DNA of 64,000 nucleotides from an uncultured delta proteobacterium (GTDB taxonomy: Bacteria; Desulfobacterota; Syntrophobacteria; BM002): NCBI GenBank assembly GCA_963712115.1, contig CAVQGX010000006.1, forward strand, positions 21,662 to 85,661, given 5' to 3'. The position numbers and the translations under genes were made by a program. The notes beneath the pieces were generated by a model that was not told the DNA's origin, searched no databases, and was given only the letters and a program-made list of their open reading frames with translations. This document shows positions 9,579-19,298 of the stretch, one piece after another (the first letter of the stretch is position 1; each line of letters starts with the position of its first letter).

Positions 9579-11313
9579 CTATGCCATCTTGCATTTCCGA
9601 GGAAGAACTACGGTGAAAGTGCTACCCTTTCCTAACTTACTTTCCACTCTGATGTCACCACCGCATTTGGCTACAATGCCGTAAGAAATGGATAGTCCCA
9701 GTCCGGTACCTTGCTCTTTGCCCCTCGTGTAGAAGGGATCAAATATGTGTTTCAGGTCATCCGGGTGAATACCACGGCCGTCGTCGGCGATTGCAACTTC
9801 AACGATGTCCGGTTCCGTCTCATTTTCCTTGGTAGCAATGGTGATGTTGCCCCCATCCGCCACCGCTTCAAAGGCATTGTTAATGATGTTCAAGAACACC
9901 TGCTGCAGCTGACCCCTGTCGTGGGCGATGGGGGCGAGATCCGGGGCAAGGTTGAAATTTACCTTGATATTTCGGTGGAAGGCCTCCTTCTCCAAAAAGC
10001 CCAGCACCTCTTGCACCAGCTCGTTGAGGTAGATTGTCTCAACCTTGACATCCATGCGCTTGGCGAATCCGAGGAGTCGATGAGTGATTTCCCGGCAGCG
10101 GTTAACCGACCTCAAGATGGATTCCACCTGCGACAGCAATTTCTCCCGGTCATGGTATTCCTTGGAGAATTCTACCAGGTCTTTAAGCAAGCCTGCTTTT
10201 TCGTTGATGATGGCCAGGGGGTTGTTTATCTCATGAGCCACACCAGCGGCCAGCCTCCCCAGTGAAGCCAGCTTGGCAGTTTGCTCCACTTCGATGTAGC
10301 AGGATTCACGCTTTTGATCGGCTTCGCGGATTCGATCTACCAAGAGGCCGGCAGTCCTGAAAGAGACTATGAGGATGACTGCCACACTGACCACCAGGAC
10401 CAGGAGAAGTTCGCTTTTCAAGGTAAACCAGCCGGCCATCACCTCACCAGGTTCCTTGATCAGAACGAGAATAAAAGTGGCACCCCGCAAGTAGGCGTAA
10501 CCTAGCAGGTGTTCTCCGTGATCGTCCTTCGTTCTGGTTATAACCGCTTCCTGACTCATTGGTGGGACTGGAAGAGAAACTTTTTCCAGGACGTTACCGT
10601 GGAATCGCGAAGGTGTCTGCAGGACACCCTCCCGATCTATAAGAAATATATCGCTCCCAGGTCTGAGGGTGATGGTGCTAATGAGCTGGTTGAACTTCTC
10701 GGTGTCAATGGTGGCTCGCAAAACATAAAAATCACCTTCGACAGTATCCCGCTTGATGGCTATGACGAAATGGGGAAATTTCCGGTATCCCAGGAAAACG
10801 TTGCTGACGTAGACCCCACGAAGCTGTACCTCCTGAAACCAGTCTTGATCTCGGTAATTCTTGCCCTTGAGTTCGTAGGGCCCGGCGTAGCTTCGCTGTA
10901 GACCGGAAGAGTCGATAAGACCGAGGTCTACAAACTCGGGGAACTCTGCCCTCAGACTCTGAAAAATGAAATTGAGACGGCCTTGGTTGCTCAGTTCCTC
11001 AAAAGTGCGCTCCCGGATCAGCAACCTCAGGGTGGACTCCCGCTCGCTCAGGAAAAGCTCGAGGGTGTGTTTTGCACTGGTGATCAACCTCGTCAGCGGT
11101 TTGACAATTTCTTCCTTGAGCGCACTCTGATACTGATAGTAGTTGATTGCCGCCATGAGCAGCAGAGGAATGATCGCAGTGGCGCAGACAATCAAGACAA
11201 AATTCTTGCGCAGGAGGTTGTATCGTTCAGGCCCCTCCCCGTAGTTGGGGAAAGTCCTTCAAGCCTTTGGGCATCAGCCGTCGAAACTTTTGCCAGATAC
11301 CGCTCATCTTCAT
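9579..11313 (-). CDS. Cache-domain sensor histidine kinase (paralogue of 2635-4449); 1-nt frameshift near the 5' end
   Basis: ORF 9579-11195 has AHEINNP, DDGRG, GTGLGL. Removing one G at 11247-11250 extends it to ATG 11313 (MKMSGIWQKF...ERYNLLRKNFVLIV). Confidence 0.88.
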
Positions 11314-11664
11314 CAACCTTGAGAAGCTTCTCCACTCAGGATCGCTCCGGGCTCAAGTCTACCACCTCTGGCAAACTCCAGGGCCCGGTCGTACGGCGCT
11401 ATTACAGAATCAATAACCCTTACCTCTTTTCCAGGTGAGATACTGGAAATACTCCTCCTCTATACCACCACAGATTACCATGGTGATCCCTTCGGTGAGA
11501 ATCAGGTGACAAAGATCTTCAGCGGACACGCTTGGTAAAACCACAGTTTTGCAGTGCAGCACCTCGCCAGTGGAATCCACCGTGGCAACCAGTACCTCGC
11601 TGGTCAGGTCAAAGCGGGGCGCCACCTGGTCTCGCCAAATGGTAATCAACAGTTTCTCGTTCAT
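11313..11664 (-). CDS. NifB/NifX-like (dinitrogenase FeMo-cofactor family) small protein; 1-nt frameshift
   Basis: VAPRFD and VICGGI motifs. ORF 11410-11664 continues WKEVRVIDSVIAPY...SQG* to 11313 if one base of the T-run near 11427-11430 is removed. Confidence 0.75.
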
Positions 11665-11676
11665 TTCCTACAAATC

Positions 11677-11692
11677 AGCAATTATCGTGCCA
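11677..11692 (-). promoter_or_regulatory. Sigma54 -24/-12 promoter
   Basis: Minus strand TGGCACGATAATTGCT. Confidence 0.85.
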
Positions 11693-11743
11693 CATATAAA
11701 CTGTAATAAAATCAATATTTTGAGTATATAGTAAGATTTTATT

Positions 11744-11815
11744 TGTCTTATTTTGAGACAAAACAAAACACTAGGTTAATTTCATTTTGGTACAAAATTG
11801 AGACTATTTGAGACA
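11744..11815. promoter_or_regulatory. Candidate upstream activator sequences
   Basis: TGTCTTA-TTT-TGAGACA (11744), AATTTCA-TTT-TGGTACA (11778), TGAGACT-ATT-TGAGACA (11799). Confidence 0.6.
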
Positions 11816-11832
11816 TTATTTCTGCCCAACGG

Positions 11833-13242
11833 TCAAACCAGATTGTGCTGCTTCATTTTCCTCCACAGGGTTGACCTACCCCAGCCAAGAAGTTTGGCCG
11901 CCTTGCTCCTGTTGCCCCTGCTCTTCAGCAGGGCCTCGGAGATCATGCGACGCTCCATCTCTCGCCAGTTGAGCCGATTGTCAGCGACTCTCGTTTTCAT
12001 CTTCTCGTCCGCCAGTCCAGGGTAACTGTCCCTTTCGCCACCAGTCACCCCGGCCTCCGGTTGCAGGGACTCATCCCATGCTCCTCCAAGATAATCAGGC
12101 AAATGTTCTGGCTTTATAATGGTTTCATGGCAAACATTGGTGGCATATTCCACCATGTTGCCCAACTCGCGCACATTACCCGGGTATGGATACCGTCTGA
12201 GGATCTCAATGGCTTCCGGGGAAAAGGTTCTGATTTTCTTTTGAAATTGTTTGTTGAATTTGTTGAGGAAATACTCCATGAGTAGTCTTATATCTCCTTC
12301 CCGCTCACGCAGGGGCGGTACTTCGAGCCTCACCACATTGAGTCGGAAAAGAAGGTCTTCCCGAAAATTTCCCTGCCGCACCATGGCCTGCAAATCACGA
12401 TGGGTTGCGGCGATCAGCCGCACATCGGCTCTTGCGCTTCTGGTCCCGCCCAGAGGGATAATTTCCTTGTCATCGAGGAAAGTCAGAAGCTTGACCTGAA
12501 GGGTCAAAGGTAAATCGCCAATTTCAGTTAGATAAAGCGTCCCTCCGTCGGCCAGTTGGAATCGACCGGGCTTATCCCGCACAGCACCCGTGAAAGCGCC
12601 TCTTGTATGACCGAAAAGCTCTGACTCCAAGAGAGTCTCGGGCAAAGCGCCGCAGTTGATCTTAATAAAAGGCCCTTGCGCTCTGGGGGACACCCGATGG
12701 ATCACCGAGGCAATGAGGTCTTTACCAGTGCCGGTCTCTCCTGTTATCAGCACTGAGGAATCAGTCTGTGAGATAATGGGAAGAATGTCTAAAAGTTTTT
12801 GCATCTTGGGGCTGTGACCAACCAGGTCACTGAAATCGTGAGCTATTTGAGTCTTCTTATCCAACTGACGGAGCAGCGAAATATCCTCGATCGTCTCTAT
12901 CACCCCTACAGGCTGACCTTCATCGTCCTTGAGGACAGAGGCGTGGATCATAACCGGAATTTTTTGTCGTTCCCGGTTGATTATGTTTCCTTCAAGGTGA
13001 ACAGCTCGGTCACTTTCCAAGGCCTGTTTTGCCGGACACTGCTGAGTACAGAGGTTATTCCTGATGATGTGAGAACAGCCAACCCCAATGGCCTCCTCTC
13101 GGCTGAAGCCGGTCATGGCCTCAAGGGCTCGGTTTATTGCCTGGATCCGCATGTTTGTGTCAAGAACAGCGACCCCTAGAGGAATGCAGTCTATTACTTC
13201 GTCTAGCTGGACACTTTTGTTTGGAAAAGAAGAAAAATCCAT
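11833..13242 (-). CDS. PAS-domain sigma54-dependent transcriptional activator (PAS-AAA+-Fis HTH), OrpR-like
   Basis: GETGTGKD, ESELFGH, GAFTGA, YPGNVREL, C-terminal HTH. PAS carries C-x8-C-x3-C. Confidence 0.92.
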   Translation of the reverse strand: MDFSSFPNKSVQLDEVIDCIPLGVAVLDTNMRIQAINRALEAMTGFSREEAIGVGCSHIIRNNLCTQQCPAKQALESDRAVHLEGNIINRERQKIPVMIHASVLKDDEGQPVGVIETIEDISLLRQLDKKTQIAHDFSDLVGHSPKMQKLLDILPIISQTDSSVLITGETGTGKDLIASVIHRVSPRAQGPFIKINCGALPETLLESELFGHTRGAFTGAVRDKPGRFQLADGGTLYLTEIGDLPLTLQVKLLTFLDDKEIIPLGGTRSARADVRLIAATHRDLQAMVRQGNFREDLLFRLNVVRLEVPPLREREGDIRLLMEYFLNKFNKQFQKKIRTFSPEAIEILRRYPYPGNVRELGNMVEYATNVCHETIIKPEHLPDYLGGAWDESLQPEAGVTGGERDSYPGLADEKMKTRVADNRLNWREMERRMISEALLKSRGNRSKAAKLLGWGRSTLWRKMKQHNLV

Positions 13243-13300
13243 GGTGAAAATCTCCTTGACACCTCATAATATCAAGGATAACAGTTACTCTCGGCTAACA

Positions 13301-13533
13301 TAAAGAATCTGGGCTCTGCCTCCGGCCCGGAGGGAGGAACGGACTTTGGCCTGCCCAACTGAAAGGCACAGGGTTCAAGGTATAAGGCACATGGCAACAA
13401 TAGATCTTGAATATTCCTTTCTTCCCTGCGCCCTACGCCTTGCGCCTTAAGCCTAAGACCTCTTCGGCTGGCAAAGCCATTGTGATTTGACCTAGCCCCG
13501 AGAACAGGTTTTTGATAATTAAATAAAACCTAC
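13301..13533 (+). repeat. Dispersed repeat family C, copy 1
   Basis: Core 13361-13478 differs from the 25375-25590 copy at 7 of 118 positions (manual count). Contains inverted AAGGCAC / CGCCTT heptamer runs. Confidence 0.85.
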
Positions 13534-13559
13534 GCCAGAATCGGAACATTGTCAACAAA

Positions 13560-14033
13560 ATGAAACGTAGTGAAACAGCTCCTTTTACTGTGCAAGAAGC
13601 CTCAGGAGCGGATGCTACCGCCATTCTAGCTTTGGCAGATGTGCACCGGGACGAATTGGGGGCAATCATGCAGCATCGACAGTGGCTGTTGCAACAAGTA
13701 GAAATGGGAGAGGTTTTCGTCGCCAAAGCTGCCGAGGGCAAAGTGATAGGCTTCGTTGTTTTCAGTCACCAAAGTCTCAGGAAACAAGAAAATACCACCG
13801 TCTACTATCTTTGCACCAGTAAAGATTATAGGGGGCAGGGAGTTGGAAAATTGCTTATGGAGGCAGTGGCCTCCGATGCGCGAATCCGCGGCAAAAAAAC
13901 TATAGACCTGAAATGCCCGGCTCACGCTCCAGCAAATTACTTTTACAAAGGCATTGGCTACAAGTTATTGCAGAGTGAAACAGATCAGCAGGGCGGCCGT
14001 CTAAATGTCTGGACTCTACGTCTCTCGGAGTGA
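13560..14033 (+). CDS. GNAT family N-acetyltransferase
   Basis: Motif A YRGQGVG and ANYFYKGIGY. Confidence 0.88.
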   Translation: MKRSETAPFTVQEASGADATAILALADVHRDELGAIMQHRQWLLQQVEMGEVFVAKAAEGKVIGFVVFSHQSLRKQENTTVYYLCTSKDYRGQGVGKLLMEAVASDARIRGKKTIDLKCPAHAPANYFYKGIGYKLLQSETDQQGGRLNVWTLRLSE

Positions 14034-14106
14034 TTGATTTTGTTTTTTTATTGTATCGAATTATAAATACATCATTTCAAATCACCGGGGTTTCGGGAGA
14101 ATCACC

Positions 14107-14661
14107 ATGAAAATAAAGACCGTCAGGGATATAATGACTCCTCTTTCCGAGTACGGGACGATTTCGGAGGAGGCCACTTTGTATGAGGCTGCTGTGGCCC
14201 TGGATAAAGCTCAGCAGGAGTTCCAGCAGGATCGTAGCCGGCACAGATTGCTTCTTATCGTTGATCAGAATGGAGAGGTCAAGGGAAAGATCAGCCAGTT
14301 GGATGTGCTAAGAGCCCTGGAACCAAAGGGAGAGCACATCGAGGACTCACGGTTATTGAGACGTTTCGGCGTCAGCAGGGAGTATCTAAAGCCCATGCTC
14401 AAGCAGTTTCACTTTTGGGAAAAACCACTGATGGACCTCTGCAAAGAGGCAGGGAGGCTCAAGGTGAAAAGGTTGCTCCATGCCCCAGCAGAAGGAGAGT
14501 TCGTCGATGAAAATGCTTCTCTGGCCGAAGCCATCCACCAATTAGATATGGGGCATTATCAGTCTTTGTTGGTCACAAGGGGCAAAAAGATTGTGGGAAT
14601 CTTGAGACAGAGAGATATGTTCAAAGAGGTTTTTGAGACTCTAAGCATTTGTGAGTTGTGA
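14107..14661 (+). CDS. CBS-domain protein
   Basis: VRDIMTP, GKISQLDVL, VGILRQRDM. Confidence 0.85.
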   Translation: MKIKTVRDIMTPLSEYGTISEEATLYEAAVALDKAQQEFQQDRSRHRLLLIVDQNGEVKGKISQLDVLRALEPKGEHIEDSRLLRRFGVSREYLKPMLKQFHFWEKPLMDLCKEAGRLKVKRLLHAPAEGEFVDENASLAEAIHQLDMGHYQSLLVTRGKKIVGILRQRDMFKEVFETLSICEL

Positions 14662-14718
14662 ACAGGCACCACCTGCTAGACTGACAGTTATCTGCAATCT
14701 ATCTTCTGGAATTTACCA

Positions 14719-16194
14719 ATGCCTAAGGTTTTAGAAGCTGGTACCAACAGCGACAGTTTCAATTGGAAGAGGATAGTTCTCTTACTAATGGGAATACTGC
14801 TCTTTGCCTTGGTCTATTATTCCCCTTCCTGGTCCGAGGCTGTTGACCCAGTGGGAAAGCACTTCTCTCTGAGCAGAGAGGGAAAAGGTGCCTTGGCGGT
14901 CGCACTCCTTGCCTCAACCTGGTGGGTATTTGAAGTGGTGCCAGTGGGAATAACCAGCCTGGCCATTGGCGTACTCCAGGTTTTTTTCTTTATTCGTCCT
15001 GCTAAAGAAGCTTTCAATGACTTCATGGACCCTTCGGTCATGTTCATCTTCGCCTCCATTGTCATCGGCATGGTTTTCACCAAGACAGGCTTGACCAGGC
15101 GTCTGGCCTACAAGATGCTGGTGATCGTGGGGGAGAGAACCAGCATGATTTACCTGGGCTGTTTTGTTGTCACCGCAGCTCTCACCCACATCATGGCCCA
15201 TACAGCAGTGGCAGCGACTATTTATCCTCTAATTCTATCCATTTATGGACTTTACGAAGCAGACGACAAACCGACCCGATTTGGAAAAGGGCTCCTCATT
15301 GGCATGGCCTATGTGGCTGGAGCCGGCAGCATCGTTACCCTTCTGGGGGCCGCGCGAGGCCCCGTTGCCATAGGCATCTTCAACGATGTTGTAGGAAAGG
15401 ATGTTGGCTTTTTCGAGTTGAGTTACTACATGCTCCCCATCGGATGGCTTATGACCTTTCTGCTATGGGTGTTTTTCTTGATCCTCTTCAGGCCTGAAAA
15501 AAAGGTCATACCCGGCTTAAGAGAAAGAGCCATCCGGCTCAATGCCAGCCTTGGTCCCATGACCAGAAACGAGATCACTGCCGGTTGCATAATTTTGGGC
15601 TGTGTCCTGGTAATGTCCTTGCGTTCCTTTATTCCTCTTCTAAAACCGCTGGATAAAACTGCCATTATTGTGACATCCACAATCTTGTTTTTTATTACCG
15701 GCATTCTCGATATCGACGATCTCGAAGAGATCCCCTGGGACATCATTCTCCTTTTCGCAGGTGCAATAAGCTTAGGTTTTTGCCTCTGGGAAACTGGGGC
15801 AGCGAGATGGCTGGCGGTGAAGTGGCTTATGAAATTGGAAGGAGCCAACTGGTTCCTGTTCGTCATGGGCATTGCATTTTTCGTCATGATCATGACCAAC
15901 TTCATCATGAACGTGGCTGCTATTGCCATCTCCCTTCCGGTGGCCCTGGTTATCGCTCCCTATCTGGGGGTGGCGCCGGATGTCATACTCTTTGTATCTT
16001 TGGTGGCAGCCGGCATGCCATTTCTCCTACTGGTAGGAGCTGCACCGAATGCCATTGCTTATGAGTCAGGGCAGTTCACTGCCGGTGAATTCTTCGCCTA
16101 CGGAACTCTGGCAAGCATCATACTTATGGCAGTAATGGCTCTTGCGGTTTTCTTTCTCTGGCCTCTGATGGGAATGCCCATTTTTGTGTCGTAG
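14719..16194 (+). CDS. DASS/SLC13 family transporter (paralogue of 4799-6316)
   Basis: Long identical stretches with the first copy, e.g. IAFFVMIMTNFIMNVAAIAISLPVALVIAPYLGVAP. Confidence 0.9.
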   Translation: MPKVLEAGTNSDSFNWKRIVLLLMGILLFALVYYSPSWSEAVDPVGKHFSLSREGKGALAVALLASTWWVFEVVPVGITSLAIGVLQVFFFIRPAKEAFNDFMDPSVMFIFASIVIGMVFTKTGLTRRLAYKMLVIVGERTSMIYLGCFVVTAALTHIMAHTAVAATIYPLILSIYGLYEADDKPTRFGKGLLIGMAYVAGAGSIVTLLGAARGPVAIGIFNDVVGKDVGFFELSYYMLPIGWLMTFLLWVFFLILFRPEKKVIPGLRERAIRLNASLGPMTRNEITAGCIILGCVLVMSLRSFIPLLKPLDKTAIIVTSTILFFITGILDIDDLEEIPWDIILLFAGAISLGFCLWETGAARWLAVKWLMKLEGANWFLFVMGIAFFVMIMTNFIMNVAAIAISLPVALVIAPYLGVAPDVILFVSLVAAGMPFLLLVGAAPNAIAYESGQFTAGEFFAYGTLASIILMAVMALAVFFLWPLMGMPIFVS

Positions 16195-16230
16195 CGCACC
16201 CTGGCTTCAGCGTCCTATTAGTTCCAAGCG

Positions 16231-16260
16231 AAAAAAAGCCAGGAGACATTCCCCTGGCTC
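16231..16260 (-). terminator. Intrinsic terminator of the TSUP/DUF1634 operon
   Basis: Minus strand AGCCAGG-loop-CCTGGCT followed by a T-tract. Confidence 0.65.
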
Positions 16261-16336
16261 AGTTGATTGTCTGGCAATAGAATCAACCCAGAAAACGTAT
16301 AGTCTCTCTGGGACTCATTTAATTAAATATACCCTC

Positions 16337-16756
16337 CTAATGGCCGCCTGTGCCCAGCAGTCCGGAGGCCCCCAGGCAAAGTACCAACACTTCCAATATG
16401 ATGAGCACCACAAAAGCGATATCTTTCTGTTTAACATAGTAAGGCAGAATGACTATGTAGCAGACAATCGTCATCCCCGCCAGCAGGGCAATTCCGATAA
16501 AATTGAGAAAGTCGCCCTTACCAAGTAGGGTAGCCCAACCCCACCCTATGGGGATGTTGGCCTCTTGCACATACTGGCTCACCGGCATGGACCAGTATTG
16601 CGAAATTTCGTTGATCGGTACGTAACTTTCAAAAATTCCGCTTACGTAGACGAAGAAGGTAACAATCAGTATGGCTATGGCGCCCCAGCTGCCATAAAAA
16701 AGCAGGTTGGCATAGGTGATCTGTTCGGGTGGAGCTTGTGGTGACTTAGATGACAT
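16337..16756 (-). CDS. DUF1634-like membrane protein
   Basis: Small 3-TM protein (GWGW, GDFLNFIGI) directly after a TSUP gene. Confidence 0.75.
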   Translation of the reverse strand: MSSKSPQAPPEQITYANLLFYGSWGAIAILIVTFFVYVSGIFESYVPINEISQYWSMPVSQYVQEANIPIGWGWATLLGKGDFLNFIGIALLAGMTIVCYIVILPYYVKQKDIAFVVLIILEVLVLCLGASGLLGTGGH

Positions 16757-16773
16757 TTCTTCACCTCACTGAA

Positions 16774-17727
16774 TTAAATACCAAGCCCTTTCATAAAGGC
16801 TCTAACCCCTGCGAACAGGAGCACACCAATGACAATGTAGCGGATGACCTTCGGTTTCGCCACCGCCAGAATTCTCACTCCCACAAAAGATCCCAGCATT
16901 AGTCCTACGATGGAAGGCACCGCCATAAGGGGAATGACGCAGCCCTGATTGAGATAGATCCAGGCCGCCGAGGTGTCGGTGATGGAGAGCAAAAACTTGC
17001 TGGTTCCCACCGAGAGCTTCAAGGGGGCTCCCATGAGCAAATTAAGCACCGGAACATTGGCCCACCCCGCACCCAGGCCGAACATACCGGCCATGACGCC
17101 GATGACGATAAAAAGAAGCAAGCCTGGCAGGGTGCGGTGGGTTTTCCACTCGATATTTTCTCCGGTGGATGGCTCCAGATAAGCACCGGCCATTTTCAAA
17201 GCTCCCCCTATTCCGTCCTGCTTTTCCACCACCGGCCGTTCCACGTTCTTGGACAAGGTGATCAAGGCCGCGATGAAAATGATTGTCGCCCCCAGGGCAA
17301 TCTGGATGATGTTGGTGGGAAGAGCAAGACCCAGCAGAGCACCGACAATGGCGCAACTGGAGGCAATGAGAGCAACCGGCAGAGCGAGGCGGAGATTGGC
17401 AAAGTTTCTCTTGAGCAAGCCCGGCCCTGCTGCCAGAGCCCCTGCCAGGGCCACCAGCAATCCTGTCCCCCTGACAAAGTCAAGGTGAAATGGAAAGAAG
17501 CCACTCACCAGGGGCACATAAAGCACGCCGCCGCCAACACCAGCCAGAACCGCCAGGATTCCCAGGACAAAGCAGAAGAAAAAGAGAACAATGGGCCAGA
17601 ACCACCAGGCACGTTGTGAACCTTCTACAATCGCCCCTTCTGCTGTGGCCCATGCGGGGGATGATACTAACCATAAGAAAAGAAAAACCGCCTTGACCGT
17701 AAGCACTCTGCAGCCGTTTCTAATCAT
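16774..17727 (-). CDS. TSUP family (TauE/SafE) transporter
   Basis: Duplicated GVGGG..VP and GLGAG..NVP repeats, GTS motif. Confidence 0.88.
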   Translation of the reverse strand: MIRNGCRVLTVKAVFLFLWLVSSPAWATAEGAIVEGSQRAWWFWPIVLFFFCFVLGILAVLAGVGGGVLYVPLVSGFFPFHLDFVRGTGLLVALAGALAAGPGLLKRNFANLRLALPVALIASSCAIVGALLGLALPTNIIQIALGATIIFIAALITLSKNVERPVVEKQDGIGGALKMAGAYLEPSTGENIEWKTHRTLPGLLLFIVIGVMAGMFGLGAGWANVPVLNLLMGAPLKLSVGTSKFLLSITDTSAAWIYLNQGCVIPLMAVPSIVGLMLGSFVGVRILAVAKPKVIRYIVIGVLLFAGVRAFMKGLGI

Positions 17728-17795
17728 TGACTAACCTCAACAGATATGGATCGACCGAATCGGATAGGACTTACAAAAGAGATGTGAACAAGAGT

Positions 17796-17853
17796 ACGTG
17801 CATTTTATAACAAAGTCCCGCCTAAACTAGCAAACCCCTGACATTTCTGTCAA
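17796..17853 (-). promoter_or_regulatory. Sigma70-type promoter with downstream Rex-like box
   Basis: Minus strand TTGACA-N18-TAGTTT, then TTGTTATAAAATGCACGT. Confidence 0.5.
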
Positions 17854-17952
17854 GGTAAATCTGTTTTCAAATTACGTAGATATTCAGGCCAGAAGCGAAA
17901 TTGCGGGTCCTCTGAGACCGGGGAGAAAGAGCCATTCCCCCCCTACACGCTG

Positions 17953-18792
17953 TTAAGCCTTTGGCCTATAAAGAAGTACTGGCCGGTTGGTCCGTCGAAT
18001 AATCTGCAGTGATCTCTCACTCAGGATGTTAAAACGACCGGACTTGCCAAAACCCTGAGCTCCAAGCACCACGAGATCGTAGTTATTTAGGGCTATTTCT
18101 CGAACCACTTCGTCAACAACATTGCCTTCTATAAGCTTGGTTTGAGGTTGGTGTTCCAGCTTACTCAGGGCGGACTCCCCTTTGAGAACACAGGCGTCAG
18201 CGAACTCCTGGCTTTCCTGGTCGTCGGTATCGCGAACGTGCATCAGGGTGATCTCGGGCTTTTTCTTCAACAGCATGGGGCCGATGAAATTGAGAGCTTC
18301 TTGGTCGCAAGAGGAGCCGGAGTAGGCCACCAGCACCCGATGTATGTTTCTCAGTTCTCTGACAATGAGCACGGGCCGGTTTGAGTGATGGATGACCTGG
18401 GTGTGCACCTGCCCCAGAAGCATCTCCCTGAGAGCAGAAGACCGATGGCAGCCGAGCACAATGAGGTCGACATCTTTATCGCTGGCTTCACGGATAATCA
18501 CCTCCGCCGGGTCCCCCACCAGAATTTTGGGTTCACAAGGGACCTTCCCCTCGAGGCATATCTCGCAGGCATCAGCAATGGCTGCCTCAATCTCTTTGGC
18601 TTGCTCATCAATCTTCTTTTTGTGATCCTTTTTAAGAAATGGAACGTCGAAGTCTTCAAGAATGATGTTCCCCACATCCTTCTTCACGTGGATGGCCTCC
18701 ACCTCGGCATCGAAGTGTTCCAGCAGGTGGCAAGCGTACCGAAGCGCCAGACGTGATTCCAGGTCTTGGTCAACCGCAACAAGAACCTTCAT
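17953..18792 (-). CDS. Tandem universal stress protein
   Basis: Two USP domains (VLVAVD, DLIVLG, PVLIV; VLVAY, DLVVLG, PVLLY). Confidence 0.9.
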   Translation of the reverse strand: MKVLVAVDQDLESRLALRYACHLLEHFDAEVEAIHVKKDVGNIILEDFDVPFLKKDHKKKIDEQAKEIEAAIADACEICLEGKVPCEPKILVGDPAEVIIREASDKDVDLIVLGCHRSSALREMLLGQVHTQVIHHSNRPVLIVRELRNIHRVLVAYSGSSCDQEALNFIGPMLLKKKPEITLMHVRDTDDQESQEFADACVLKGESALSKLEHQPQTKLIEGNVVDEVVREIALNNYDLVVLGAQGFGKSGRFNILSERSLQIIRRTNRPVLLYRPKA

Positions 18793-19019
18793 ACGACCCC
18801 CTTCTTTATCGCTTTTTCAAAGTAGTCTGTCTCCACCGTTGGCCCCATAATATTTGGGCAGCACCAGCAGATAGTTTTTTCAATCTAGAAAAAAATAATC
18901 ACTCTGGGAAAACTTTACTAGTTTCTAGCCTCCGAACCTCCACCATCCCTTCACTGTGGTCGATCCGGCCCTTGTCCTTTAGGGGACAAACCTGGGTTAA
19001 TCTATCAGAACTCGACAGT

Positions 19020-19038
19020 AAGTGCAACTTTTAACAAA
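19020..19038. promoter_or_regulatory. Rex-like box upstream of USP
   Basis: GTGCAACTTTTAACAAA, matching GTGCATTTTATAACAAA at 17798. Confidence 0.45.
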
Positions 19039-19131
19039 CTATTTATGGGCTCAATTTCCATCCCCCTCATCTGGCCACTATAATCTCTCAACCCCCCGCC
19101 CATTTCCCACCCTAGCTCTTTCGACAAACAA

Positions 19132-19200
19132 TTACCCACTTTTTACCGGGTATAAAATGGGTAAAATTACCCATTTCATACCCGGTTAGTTTTGGGTAAA
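19132..19200. repeat. 69-bp palindrome, copy 1
   Basis: Dyad centred on TGGGTAAAATTACCCA. Second copy at 40943-41011. Confidence 0.85.
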
Positions 19201-19298
19201 AAAAGGCGGGAGGGGAAACAATATGATAAAATGATGAAAAGATGATTGAGCCTGATGCTCATGACCTTTGTTACGCCTGTGATCTGGAGAGCAAGGAA

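Noticed and set aside
19132-19200. dif site or replication origin
   Set aside because: No XerC/XerD arm match, no DnaA-box cluster, and the motif occurs twice.
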